Below, in pieces: positions 30,651 to 41,633 of a stretch of DNA of 64,000 nt. Position numbers and translations under genes: made by a program. The DNA comes from an uncultured Pseudomonadota bacterium (GTDB lineage: Bacteria > Pseudomonadota > Alphaproteobacteria > Rs-D84): contig CAMOGA010000002.1 in assembly GCA_946613885.1 (NCBI GenBank), forward strand, positions 27,129-91,128, given 5' to 3'. The notes beneath the pieces were generated by a model. That model searched no databases and was not told the DNA's origin. It saw only the letters and a list, made by a program, of their open reading frames with translations. How positions within the stretch are numbered: the stretch's first letter is position 1; each line of letters begins with the position of its first letter.

Positions 30651-30964
30651 TATTTTGCCTTTTGTTTATTCAAATAATCTTGAAAAATATCAATTGCCAG
30701 CGGATGTAAACGTGGTGTTCCCGTACCCATGTTTACAATAACCGGTGATTTATGACCATTAATCACAAATGTAGCATGTTTAAAAATTAAAGTTTTCATG
30801 ATACTTTTTGCTTTTTCTGTTGAAATATCAAACCGTTTAGCCACCTTAGCCGGGGTTAAATAATCGTCTTTGGAATATGTTGTTATTGGTTTTGCCAACG
30901 AGCCAACAGTTTTCAATCTTTTACAATCTTCTGCTGTTGCAGATTTACCATGAACAGATTTCAT
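30650..30964 (-). CDS. Hypothetical protein, possible HTH
   Basis: YLTPAKVAKRFDIS helix-turn-helix-like segment; SD AAGGA; stop overlaps the next ATG. Confidence 0.55.
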   Translation of the reverse strand: MKSVHGKSATAEDCKRLKTVGSLAKPITTYSKDDYLTPAKVAKRFDISTEKAKSIMKTLIFKHATFVINGHKSPVIVNMGTGTPRLHPLAIDIFQDYLNKQKAK

Positions 30965-31058
30965 TTTTTTATCCTTTTTTACGTTTTTTTCTTATTTTTC
31001 CTTGATAATTATATCATAAATTGCTATGTTTTGAACAGCAAAAAGAAAGGATTTTTAA

Positions 31059-33458
<2,400 letters not shown>

Positions 33459-33479
33459 GTAAAATAAAGGAATCTAATA

Positions 33480-34145
33480 ATGTCTGATAAATTATACAGC
33501 ATTTTAAAAGAATACAAAAACTTAAAAAAATGTACAGACAAATATAGTGATTTCTATGAAAAATCCCAGGGTAATTACAGTGTTATTCAGGATTTGATAG
33601 ACGCTGCAAATAATATTTTAAAAAGTGATTTGTTTTCACTTGATTATAAGACATTATTAAAAAAATCGTGCGAATCCATGATTAATGGCACGATGGATAT
33701 GAATACACGTTTAGAAAAAATAAAGCAATTCAAGGTTGTTGTTGATTCTATGAAACCAGAAATGACCGAAGCGTTATCTTTAACATGTCTTTCAAATATT
33801 AAAAACAGTTTTGATGAAATGTATAAAAACATCCAACAAAATGGTTTTTCAGATATTGCATTTAATAAATTTGTCGAAGAATTAAATGTGTATTTATTTA
33901 CAGATACCAAAGATGCAATTTCGTTATATAATGAATTGAAAGTTCCTGTATTAGGACTGCATCAAATGTATCAGAAAAATAAAAATATCAATCCTGCTGT
34001 TTTACAGGGATGTTTGGATGATATAAAAAAATATTTAAATGGGCACATTAATTTTTTTCAAAAACAAATTGGGGTAAATCAATCATCAAAACAAGATGAT
34101 TGGGCGGACAATATTCTGAAACAGGCAATTACAGAAAAAGAGTAA
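33480..34145 (+). CDS. Hypothetical helical protein
   Basis: 221-aa ORF with SD AAGGA; no recognisable motif. Confidence 0.6.
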   Translation: MSDKLYSILKEYKNLKKCTDKYSDFYEKSQGNYSVIQDLIDAANNILKSDLFSLDYKTLLKKSCESMINGTMDMNTRLEKIKQFKVVVDSMKPEMTEALSLTCLSNIKNSFDEMYKNIQQNGFSDIAFNKFVEELNVYLFTDTKDAISLYNELKVPVLGLHQMYQKNKNINPAVLQGCLDDIKKYLNGHINFFQKQIGVNQSSKQDDWADNILKQAITEKE

Positions 34146-34168
34146 TTATCGTATCAAAGGAAGGAAAT

Positions 34169-34489
34169 ATGACAGATTACAAAATAAACCAAAATGGGGA
34201 AATTGTTTTTGATAATTCTTCTAGGGATGTTCCAGAATCTGATCCATTATGGGCTGAATTTTCTAAATTACAATACGAAGTGCTTAACAATCATCATAAT
34301 CCAACCAAAGATCCGAAAAAAATTGCACGTTATAATGAATTAAAAAAACAATTAAATATCGAAGAAAACAATCGTGCATTTGATGAGGCCGTTGAGAAAA
34401 TAAAAAATGAAATGATTGAATCTGATGAATCGCCGGATAATTCTGTTTTATATACTGCAATTACAAATTTTAAAAAAAGAAATGGATAA
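34169..34489 (+). CDS. Hypothetical protein
   Basis: MTDYKINQNGEIVF after AAGGAAGGA. Confidence 0.6.
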   Translation: MTDYKINQNGEIVFDNSSRDVPESDPLWAEFSKLQYEVLNNHHNPTKDPKKIARYNELKKQLNIEENNRAFDEAVEKIKNEMIESDESPDNSVLYTAITNFKKRNG

Positions 34490-35137
34490 ATGTTTTCTGC
34501 TGCCTGGTTTTTAGATTTAGAAAAACAATTGCGCAATATGGGGTTGGACAGTGATGATAAATCTTTTGATGAAATAAAACAAAATTTATCAAATCCAAAA
34601 AAATTATCATCTGATGAATTTGCAAGCGCTGTGTTTTATGTTATTTTGGCAGGCGGTTTTTCACAAAAAACAGCAAAACGTATTCACAAAATAATTATTG
34701 ATAAAATATATGAAAATCCATCAATTGATGATTTATTAAAAATATTTAATAATAAAAACAAAATAAATGCGATTGTAAAAATTTGGAATAATCGACAAAA
34801 ATTTTGTGACGATTTTTATAAATGTAAATCATTAGATGAAAAATTATTATATTTACAAAAATTACCACATATTGGAAAAATAACTGCAAATCATCTGGCA
34901 CGTAATTTAGGGGAAAATGTTGTAAAATATGATATTTGGATTCAGCGTCTGGGTGTTGTATACAGCGGAAACCGCGCATTAGCACAAAAGATAGATAATG
35001 GAAATTTAGACGCAGAAATAAAAAAATGTTGTGATAAAATGTTTGAACATTTGGAACAAGAAACCGGTTTGCCACGTGGGTATATTGATGTAGTGTTATG
35101 GAAATCATTACAAAATCATTTAATTCCGGGGGTGTAA
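34490..35137 (+). CDS. HhH-superfamily DNA glycosylase-like protein
   Basis: LPHIGKITANHL HhH motif, then VKYDIWIQRL and IDVVLW. Confidence 0.7.
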   Translation: MFSAAWFLDLEKQLRNMGLDSDDKSFDEIKQNLSNPKKLSSDEFASAVFYVILAGGFSQKTAKRIHKIIIDKIYENPSIDDLLKIFNNKNKINAIVKIWNNRQKFCDDFYKCKSLDEKLLYLQKLPHIGKITANHLARNLGENVVKYDIWIQRLGVVYSGNRALAQKIDNGNLDAEIKKCCDKMFEHLEQETGLPRGYIDVVLWKSLQNHLIPGV

Positions 35138-35138
35138 A

Positions 35139-35804
35139 ATGGATGTAAAAATTGAACAATCTTGGAAGAATATTTTATCTGATGAATTTGAAAAAGATTA
35201 TTTTAAAAATCTGACAGATTTTGTTCGTGGTGAATATTTGTCTGGTAAAACAATTTATCCGAAACCACAAAATATTTTTAACGCGTTTAATTTATGCCCA
35301 TTGCCAGATGTCAAGGTTGTTATTATTGGCCAAGACCCATATCATGAACCTGGTCAGGCGCATGGTTTGTGTTTTTCGGTTGAAAACGGAATTGATTTGC
35401 CGCCATCGTTGCAAAATATTTATAAAGAAATAGAATCTGATATTGGTCATAAAAGTATTACAAATGGCGATTTATCTGCATGGGCGCGTCAGGGCGTGTT
35501 ATTGTTAAATTCAACATTAACGGTGCGGGCGCATGTTGCAGCATCGCATTCAGGACACGGTTGGGAAACATTTACAGATGCAGTTATTCGTGCATTGGCA
35601 AACAATCGTAAAAATATTGTATATATGTTATGGGGGTCGTTTGCCCAAAAAAAAGCAGAATTTGTTGACGCACAAAATAACTTGATTTTAAAAAGTGCGC
35701 ATCCGTCACCATTGTCTGCCTATCGTGGTTTTTTTGGAAACCATCATTTTTCACTGGCCAATGAATATTTGGTTAAAAATGGAAAAACACCAATTGATTG
35801 GTAA
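35139..35804 (+). CDS. ung: Uracil-DNA glycosylase
   Basis: GQDPYH, PPSLQNI, GVLLLN, HPSPLS. Confidence 0.98.
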   Translation: MDVKIEQSWKNILSDEFEKDYFKNLTDFVRGEYLSGKTIYPKPQNIFNAFNLCPLPDVKVVIIGQDPYHEPGQAHGLCFSVENGIDLPPSLQNIYKEIESDIGHKSITNGDLSAWARQGVLLLNSTLTVRAHVAASHSGHGWETFTDAVIRALANNRKNIVYMLWGSFAQKKAEFVDAQNNLILKSAHPSPLSAYRGFFGNHHFSLANEYLVKNGKTPIDW

Positions 35805-36380
35805 TTAGTAATTATACGTCAAACCCAATCCATAAAACGCATAGGAATTATTTTCATCGGCAGTGTTTGCATTTGAAAAATGTTGGATAAAAAATTCCAT
35901 TCCCCATTTATCATTGAAATTATATCCAAATGTCACTTTGAATTCAAAAATCAATTTTGCGCCCAAACGTGCGTTTTCTTGTGCCTGCAAACCAACACCA
36001 GCACCCAATCCTGCATATAAATCATTATACCGGAACAGGGCGATATCTTCATCTACGTATATCATCGGTATAGAAAAATCTTGCCATTTCCAGCCATTTT
36101 TTTCATACAGCCCAATTGTTTGTGATAAATTCAAAGAACGTCTGGCGGGTATTCTGAAAAAATCCGTTGGTTGTGAATATCGTATGGATGCAATATAGAA
36201 CGGGACAGGACGTACCGGTGGCGGCAATAAAATACCAGTATCGAAACCTTGACCGATACCAAAAGCAATTTGATTTCTGTATTCACCCATAAAAGGGTCT
36301 TTTTCTGGCAAAATAGAACACTCTGCCACAGCAGTCATTGGCATAGCCAGAGCATATAAAACGATAAATTTTTTCAGCAT
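35805..36380 (-). CDS. PagL-like lipid A deacylase / acyloxyacyl hydrolase beta-barrel
   Basis: Signal peptide, HFSNA motif, terminal aromatic strand YNY. Confidence 0.75.
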   Translation of the reverse strand: MLKKFIVLYALAMPMTAVAECSILPEKDPFMGEYRNQIAFGIGQGFDTGILLPPPVRPVPFYIASIRYSQPTDFFRIPARRSLNLSQTIGLYEKNGWKWQDFSIPMIYVDEDIALFRYNDLYAGLGAGVGLQAQENARLGAKLIFEFKVTFGYNFNDKWGMEFFIQHFSNANTADENNSYAFYGLGLTYNY

Positions 36381-36449
36381 GGTATATATTATAAATAAAA
36401 ATGAATATTGTTGCAAAGCAAAAATTTTCTGTTATAATGACACCACATT

Positions 36450-36524
36450 GGCGGCGTAGCTCAGTGGTAGAGCAGAGGAATCATAATCCTTTGGTCAGGG
36501 GTCCGAATCCCTTCGCCGCTACCA
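36450..36524 (+). tRNA. tRNA-Met elongator (CAT)
   Basis: GGCGGCGTAGCTCAGTGGTAGAGCAGAGGAATCATAATCCTTTGGTCAGGGGTCCGAATCCCTTCGCCGCTACCA; promoter TTGCAA..TATAAT upstream. Confidence 0.95.
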
Positions 36525-36791
36525 AAATAACAAACGACCCAAGGTGGTCGTTTTTTATTTTGGTATCTGGGATTTGGAGACCGGCACAGGGGTCCGACCC
36601 GCAGCAAAAAGGCGGAATAACGCCGGTCCACCGAAGTTTTAACGAAGGTGGATTTTGCAAGGTGGCGAAGCGCAGCGAAACAATCCCGAGCCGCGTAGTC
36701 GCGAAAGATGAGGACCCCTGGTCCGACCCGCAGCAAAAAGGCAGATGTAAATTTTTTACAAATTCTACACATCGACTATACGGCGGTTTAC
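36525..36791. repeat. tRNA-linked GC-rich repeat element, copy 1
   Basis: Hairpin extending into the tRNA end; GGTCCGACCCGCAGCAAAAAGGC twice (36591-36613, 36720-36742); core TAGTCGCGAAAGATGAGGACCCCTGGTCCG at 36696. Confidence 0.85.
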
Positions 36792-36860
36792 ATGAAATTT
36801 TTTATTGCGAATTGTTTTGTTAAATTGTAGCATAAAACTTGGTTTATCAAGGAGAATACT

Positions 36861-37604
36861 ATGTATAAATTTATTTGGGCTTTGATGATTGGTTTGCTAG
36901 TTTGCGTGTGTATTATTGTGTTTTTTAACAATAGAAAAAAAGGTTCTGCTAATGGGGTAACTGGCGAATGGTATTGGGAAAAATTTAGTGAAGAAGAAAT
37001 TCAGGCTTGGTCAAAAATGTTTATGATTGAAACAGGCGAAATTATGCAAAAATGGAAAGATGCTGGTGTCAAACATGTATTGGATGTCGGAGCCGGTCAA
37101 GGACATTATTCTATGCGTTTTGCACGCAGTGGTTTTGATGTTGATGCATTGGATATAAATGATTTTAGTATGCAACGGTTAAGTCGTTTAGCTGGCGAGC
37201 AAAATATCAACATTAAAACGGTAACCGCGGATGCCAGAAAAATGCCTTATGCTGATAATACATTTGATGCGGTGTTTGCTATTCAAGTTGTGAATTTATT
37301 AGGATGCGATAATGTTGTGCCAATGCTTAATGAAATTTGTCGTGTTGTAAAACCAAACGGCCAAATTTGGTTTACATTGGATGCTGTAGAAAATATGGAA
37401 AAACATGATATCAGCAAAAGTTCTGCATCATTACCCGAAGACAGATATAATATGGAATATTGTTTGTTTGATAATAAAAAAATACGCGAAATGATTATGC
37501 CGCTTATTGATGTCAACAACATATTCAAAACAACATATATATCCCCACAAACAATGGATACTTTTATGACAAAATATGGCATAGTCGGGACTTGTAAAAA
37601 ATAA
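36861..37604 (+). CDS. Class I SAM-dependent methyltransferase with N-terminal TM anchor
   Basis: VLDVGAGQG, DARKMPYADNTFDAV, RVVKPNG. Confidence 0.9.
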   Translation: MYKFIWALMIGLLVCVCIIVFFNNRKKGSANGVTGEWYWEKFSEEEIQAWSKMFMIETGEIMQKWKDAGVKHVLDVGAGQGHYSMRFARSGFDVDALDINDFSMQRLSRLAGEQNINIKTVTADARKMPYADNTFDAVFAIQVVNLLGCDNVVPMLNEICRVVKPNGQIWFTLDAVENMEKHDISKSSASLPEDRYNMEYCLFDNKKIREMIMPLIDVNNIFKTTYISPQTMDTFMTKYGIVGTCKK

Positions 37605-37623
37605 AATTTTGTATTTAATAAAC

Positions 37624-37646
37624 AACCGGTCAAACGACCGGTTTTT
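37624..37646. terminator. Terminator between convergent genes
   Basis: AACCGGTC-aaac-GACCGGTT-TTT. Confidence 0.7.
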
Positions 37647-37654
37647 ACCTTGTT

Positions 37655-37927
37655 TTAGTGAAGATTATTTTTTATCCATTCGCTAACCTTGTTATCCAAG
37701 CTTTTCCACGTAGCCGGTGCGGAAGCCTTCATTATAAGTATTTTATCGTTACTATCAAGATATCTTGATAAATAATCATAAATATCCGATGAAGATTGTT
37801 CAGTTTTTATCAACCAACAAGATTCCAAAGCATGACACCAAACACCGTACGATTTTATCGCAAGTATAAGATCGTTATAGTTTTGGCCTGGGTTAACAAG
37901 GTCATAGTTTATAGAATATATAGCCAT
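37655..37927 (-). CDS. Small Cas2/VapD-like ferredoxin-fold protein (often labelled SinR-family)
   Basis: YSINYDL...Y..L..AIK.Y..W.H.LES.WLI...D.ND; SD AAGGAG. Confidence 0.7.
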   Translation of the reverse strand: MAIYSINYDLVNPGQNYNDLILAIKSYGVWCHALESCWLIKTEQSSSDIYDYLSRYLDSNDKILIMKASAPATWKSLDNKVSEWIKNNLH

Positions 37928-37997
37928 AGTTTACTCCTTTTGTTAAGAGTCCGGAGAAAAACCTTTTACAAATCTTTTTTGTATGTTATAATACAAC

Positions 37998-38066
37998 TGT
38001 TCTTAGTATGTAATCGGTTTTCTCCGGTTCATATTTTCCCACCGATTTATCGGTGGGTGTTCTTTA
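37998..38066 (+). ncRNA. Putative small antisense RNA
   Basis: TTTACA-16-TATAAT with TG extension (37965-37992), then terminator CCCACCGAT-tt-ATCGGTGGG-TGTTCTTT, no credible ORF. Confidence 0.4.
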
Positions 38067-38070
38067 ATAA

Positions 38071-38119
38071 AAACCACATGTTGTAATGATTTTTATTAAC
38101 CATACACAATATATAGTTG
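38071..38119. promoter_or_regulatory. Tandem NrdR-box-like motifs
   Basis: AAACCACATGTTGTAA and ACACAATATATAGTTG, 33 bp apart, resemble acaCwAtATaTwGtgt. Confidence 0.4.
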
Positions 38120-38323
38120 TTTTTTTATTTTTTTAAGAAAAAAATTTTTTATTTTTTCACTTTTCTGCTTGCAATTTTGTAAAGCCCGATAACAGTGCTT
38201 TGTAGGCACTGATTTGCTGCAGAAATCAGCAGTTTTTTTGTACAAAATACTCTGAAGTGTGGGATTTTTAAACAATTTTTGTTAAAAATAATTATTTTTG
38301 CCCAGAAAACCGATTCGTTTGGG

Positions 38324-39157
38324 CTATTTCTTCGTTATCTTTTTCAACTCTTTGGCATTGCGACCAGTTAAAACAGGTTTGCCAGTTTTTGATTCAATAT
38401 TTTTTCTGGCATCACCGGCTACGCTTGCGCCTTCATGTGCAACACGAAGATTTTCTGACAAACCGTATGGCTTTTCTTTTTTTGCGATTTCTGTTATTGT
38501 GGCTTCGGCTAGCATATTCAGAACCAATTCCAAATTGCTCATATTATCACGCAGGTTTTCTTTGTATAAACCCTTTAACTTTTTATATTGGCGGGTATTC
38601 ATCCCAGTCCAGCCTTTATAAATTTCATCTGTTAAAATAGCGTATTCTACACCTTTTTTGACACCACCACGGTCCCATTCGTCAGTAAGTAATTTTCGAA
38701 CTTCGATTGTTTTTAATCTTTGATTTATCCAATCAAGAGAATAACCTTTTTTGGCATATGTTTCCAATGCGCGATTTATAGCAATTTCGGGGTCTGCAAT
38801 TTCATCTAATCTTTCAGAACCAACACGTGCCAGCCATTGTTTAAAAGGTTCTGCTTTTTTGCTTGGGATAGATTGTACTAAGCGTAAAATCTGTTCTGCA
38901 TCCCCAACATCTGTTTCGCGCATTTTGCCATCTGGGGCAAGCATTTTCAACTGGTTACAATTTGTAACCGTTTCGTTACCCTCTGATTTAAGGCGATTTT
39001 TTAATACTTTCCAATAATTTCGTGCCTGTTGATAATTGGAATCTGTAAGCACACTTATGATATCCACAACAGAAAAATACCATTTTTCTACTTTATCATC
39101 CCAAAGGGTTCGAATATTTTTATCTTCAAATAATTTTATATTGGTCGATTGTGTCAT
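38324..39157 (-). CDS. Bro-N domain / antirepressor-like protein
   Basis: IRTLWD..EKWYFSVVDII, RLVQSIPSKKAEPFKQWLA, NLRDNM. Confidence 0.88.
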   Translation of the reverse strand: MTQSTNIKLFEDKNIRTLWDDKVEKWYFSVVDIISVLTDSNYQQARNYWKVLKNRLKSEGNETVTNCNQLKMLAPDGKMRETDVGDAEQILRLVQSIPSKKAEPFKQWLARVGSERLDEIADPEIAINRALETYAKKGYSLDWINQRLKTIEVRKLLTDEWDRGGVKKGVEYAILTDEIYKGWTGMNTRQYKKLKGLYKENLRDNMSNLELVLNMLAEATITEIAKKEKPYGLSENLRVAHEGASVAGDARKNIESKTGKPVLTGRNAKELKKITKK

Positions 39158-39235
39158 TTTTACTTCCTTCGTATTGATTATAGACGTAAAAAATTTGTAA
39201 TTCCAGTTTTATGTTATTCGGTGTATTGGCTTAAC

Positions 39236-39356
39236 AGAAAATTCAAAAATAAAGTTTTGGTCTAGTCGCGAAAGAAGAGGACCCCTGGTCCGCCCCACAG
39301 CAAAAAGGCGGAATAATGTCGGTTTGCCGTCAGATAAATTTTTTACGGCGGTTTAC
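39236..39356. repeat. tRNA-linked repeat, copy 2
   Basis: AGAAAATTCAAAAATAAAGTTTTGGTCTAGTCGCGAAAGAAGAGGACCCCTGGTCCGCCCCACAGCAAAAAGGCGGAATAA...TACGGCGGTTTACA. Confidence 0.88.
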
Positions 39357-41254
39357 ACAATTTTTTTTACTTTTGATAAATTTTTATAAAATTCATTTAG
39401 CATAAACATATTATCTGTATCTTTTATACCAATAGCATTTAATGCCGCCCGTTGCATTTTGGTCGCATTTTCTGGCACCCAATATCCGGCAATTTCGGGA
39501 AATAATTCTTGGAATTTTGGATAAATATCGTTGCGTTCTTGTGATAAAGCAGTAATAAAATCATAATATTTTTTTGGAATTCCTTTTATTTTTTTTAGTG
39601 CCAGCAAATCAGCAAATGTTGCACCAGCCAGGTGTAATTTTTGTGCGGTTTCATAATACAGTTGATAAAGTGCGATTGCACGAGGAAATATGACGTCCAA
39701 TATTATGTATTGTGCAACAACATTTTCACTGTAATATAATCTGGTTGCGGCATTTGTAGTGTTTTGTGCCAAAGAAATATATTTTTTTGCAGTATTTATA
39801 CAAGATTTATAAAAACGGTGAACGGCGGATGCAGACATAGATTTTGCGACATTATATGCTTTGTTTAGTGCCGCAGAATAGCCGGGTAATTTTTTATGGT
39901 TTCTGTCTTCAAACCAAGAAAAGAATTTCTGGCTGTATTGGGAATCGCCACGGATGATGTTTGGTGCAACACCAAATTTTTTACGGATGAATAAATTTAA
40001 ATCTGAAACATCTTTAGATTCCATCAATGGTGCATAAACATTTAATCGATTTGGTAATGATTCTACCAAGACACAGTCACTGTTATATGGTATGCGTTTT
40101 ATATTATCAAACAACCATGCTTCATCCATCCAGGCGGTTTCATTTGATTGTATAAATTCGATATCTTCTTTGATTTGACCGGTGGTTGCATTCATTGTGA
40201 TTATATCACCATTTTTAAATTTTTTTGTTGCGTTTGGATAATTTACAATGCATGGAATACCCAGTTCGCGTGATAATATAGCCGCATGGCTTAATACACC
40301 GCCTTGTTCGGTAATAATACCAGATGCGCGTTTCATAATTGGGACAAAGTCAACTTCGGTATATAATGCAACCAATATTGCCCCGTCTGGAAATTCCGCA
40401 AAACGTTTTTTCATAATTTCCGGGGACGTATGTGCCCCCAGTTCTGGTATCACAAAAACAGGCGCGGTCACAGTTCCACCAACAACAGGTATTGCGGAAT
40501 TTGTGGTTCTGGGTTTGATAAATACCGGTTGTGTTATTGGACGTGCCTGGACGAACCAGACATTATTATCAGAATCGATACACCATTCTGTATCCAATTT
40601 TGTCTTGGATTTATTGCGTAGAATTTGTATTTGTTTAATCAAATTATTTATTAAATCAATACCCGGCAATAATTTTCCAGAAATAAAAATATTATCTTGG
40701 TCTAAAATATCATCGTGTATAGGAACCTTGATTTGTGTCGGTGTCACCAATCCTGACACCAATTTATCGCCCAGACCATATGTTGCTTCTATCAACACAA
40801 CATCTGAACCATCTGTATCTATTGCGCCGGTAAAAGCGACACCAGAAATAATAGGCTTTATCATTTTTTGAATCACGATACCCATATTGTTATTGCCACC
40901 ATCGTATTCGTTTACACGTAATGATGTGCCACTGGCAATAACAGAGGAAATAGCATTGCGTAAATCATTTTTTGTTGTCGGTACGTTTAATTTGCTTTCA
41001 AACATACCGGCAAAGGATTTTTGTGTGCCGTCTTCGTTATCGGCAGATGAACGAACGGCAACTAAATTGTCGGAACCAAAATATTCGATTATTTTATCAA
41101 GCAGTTTATCAGATATGTTTGATGCTTGGGACCAATTCAAGGCAATCCATTGTGGAACCGGCATTTTCATTTTGTTTAATAGTGCCAGTCCCGTGGCCTT
41201 GCCACCACAGGTATTTGAGTTGTCGTTATTAAATTTATTTGTTTTCTTGGTCAT
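39353..41254 (-). CDS. PEP-utilizer/dikinase-family enzyme (ATP-grasp + phospho-His domain + unknown C-terminus)
   Basis: GGKA..L, VAVRSSA.NED...SFAG.FES, GLGDKLVSG, DTEW, QARPIT, GGVLSHAAILSRELGIP. Confidence 0.88.
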   Translation of the reverse strand: MTKKTNKFNNDNSNTCGGKATGLALLNKMKMPVPQWIALNWSQASNISDKLLDKIIEYFGSDNLVAVRSSADNEDGTQKSFAGMFESKLNVPTTKNDLRNAISSVIASGTSLRVNEYDGGNNNMGIVIQKMIKPIISGVAFTGAIDTDGSDVVLIEATYGLGDKLVSGLVTPTQIKVPIHDDILDQDNIFISGKLLPGIDLINNLIKQIQILRNKSKTKLDTEWCIDSDNNVWFVQARPITQPVFIKPRTTNSAIPVVGGTVTAPVFVIPELGAHTSPEIMKKRFAEFPDGAILVALYTEVDFVPIMKRASGIITEQGGVLSHAAILSRELGIPCIVNYPNATKKFKNGDIITMNATTGQIKEDIEFIQSNETAWMDEAWLFDNIKRIPYNSDCVLVESLPNRLNVYAPLMESKDVSDLNLFIRKKFGVAPNIIRGDSQYSQKFFSWFEDRNHKKLPGYSAALNKAYNVAKSMSASAVHRFYKSCINTAKKYISLAQNTTNAATRLYYSENVVAQYIILDVIFPRAIALYQLYYETAQKLHLAGATFADLLALKKIKGIPKKYYDFITALSQERNDIYPKFQELFPEIAGYWVPENATKMQRAALNAIGIKDTDNMFMLNEFYKNLSKVKKIV

Positions 41255-41265
41255 ATATAATGCCT

Positions 41266-41458
41266 TTATTTTTTTGTTAATTTTACAATCCTGTCAAAGT
41301 CGCTTTCTATGTTTTGTGTTTTGTTAAATTCATCGTATATTGCTTCGGCATACTGTTTTGCATCGGTGGCACTAATTTTAACCGTTCAATTTAATAGTGC
41401 CATAATCATCTTTATATAAAAATATTTCACCATTTATTGGTTTTAATCCTGCAGCCAC
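41266..41458 (-). pseudogene. Internally deleted RhuM-family gene remnant
   Basis: GTG start with SD AAGGTGA gives MAAGLKPINGEIFLYKDDYGTIKLNG*; another frame gives KISATDAKQYAEAIYDEFNKTQNIESDFDRIVKLTKK*; these resemble RhuM N- and C-termini. Confidence 0.7.
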
Positions 41459-41538
41459 AATAATCACCTTTTATTATGTCTTATATGCTTGCATAAACTT
41501 GGATAAAATACAATGAAAATAGGTGTAATCAGGTCAAA

Positions 41539-41597
41539 AGAAAATTCAAAAATTAAAGTTTTGGTCTAGTCGCGAAAGAAGAGGACCCCAGGTCCGC
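41539..41597. repeat. tRNA-linked repeat, copy 3
   Basis: AGAAAATTCAAAAATTAAAGTTTTGGTCTAGTCGCGAAAGAAGAGGACCCCAGGTCCGC, near-identical to copy 2. Confidence 0.88.
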
Positions 41598-41633
41598 AAA
41601 CGTTGCGATTTGGAAAGGGGTCTACGAATAAAA

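Noticed and set aside
36450-36524. tRNA-Ile2 (lysidine) identity for the second CAT tRNA
   Set aside because: GGCGG acceptor stem and GAGGAATCATAATCC arm fit elongator Met.
36401-36823. 140-aa and 103-aa ORFs over tRNA-Met
   Set aside because: Shadow ORFs of the tRNA and the GC-rich repeat.
39353-41254. ppsA, ppdK or rifampin phosphotransferase
   Set aside because: No pyruvate-binding barrel, and domain order differs from RPH.
36590-41600. CRISPR array, suggested by repeats near a Cas2-like gene
   Set aside because: Repeats are kilobases apart with genes between them; no regular spacers and no cas1 or effector genes.
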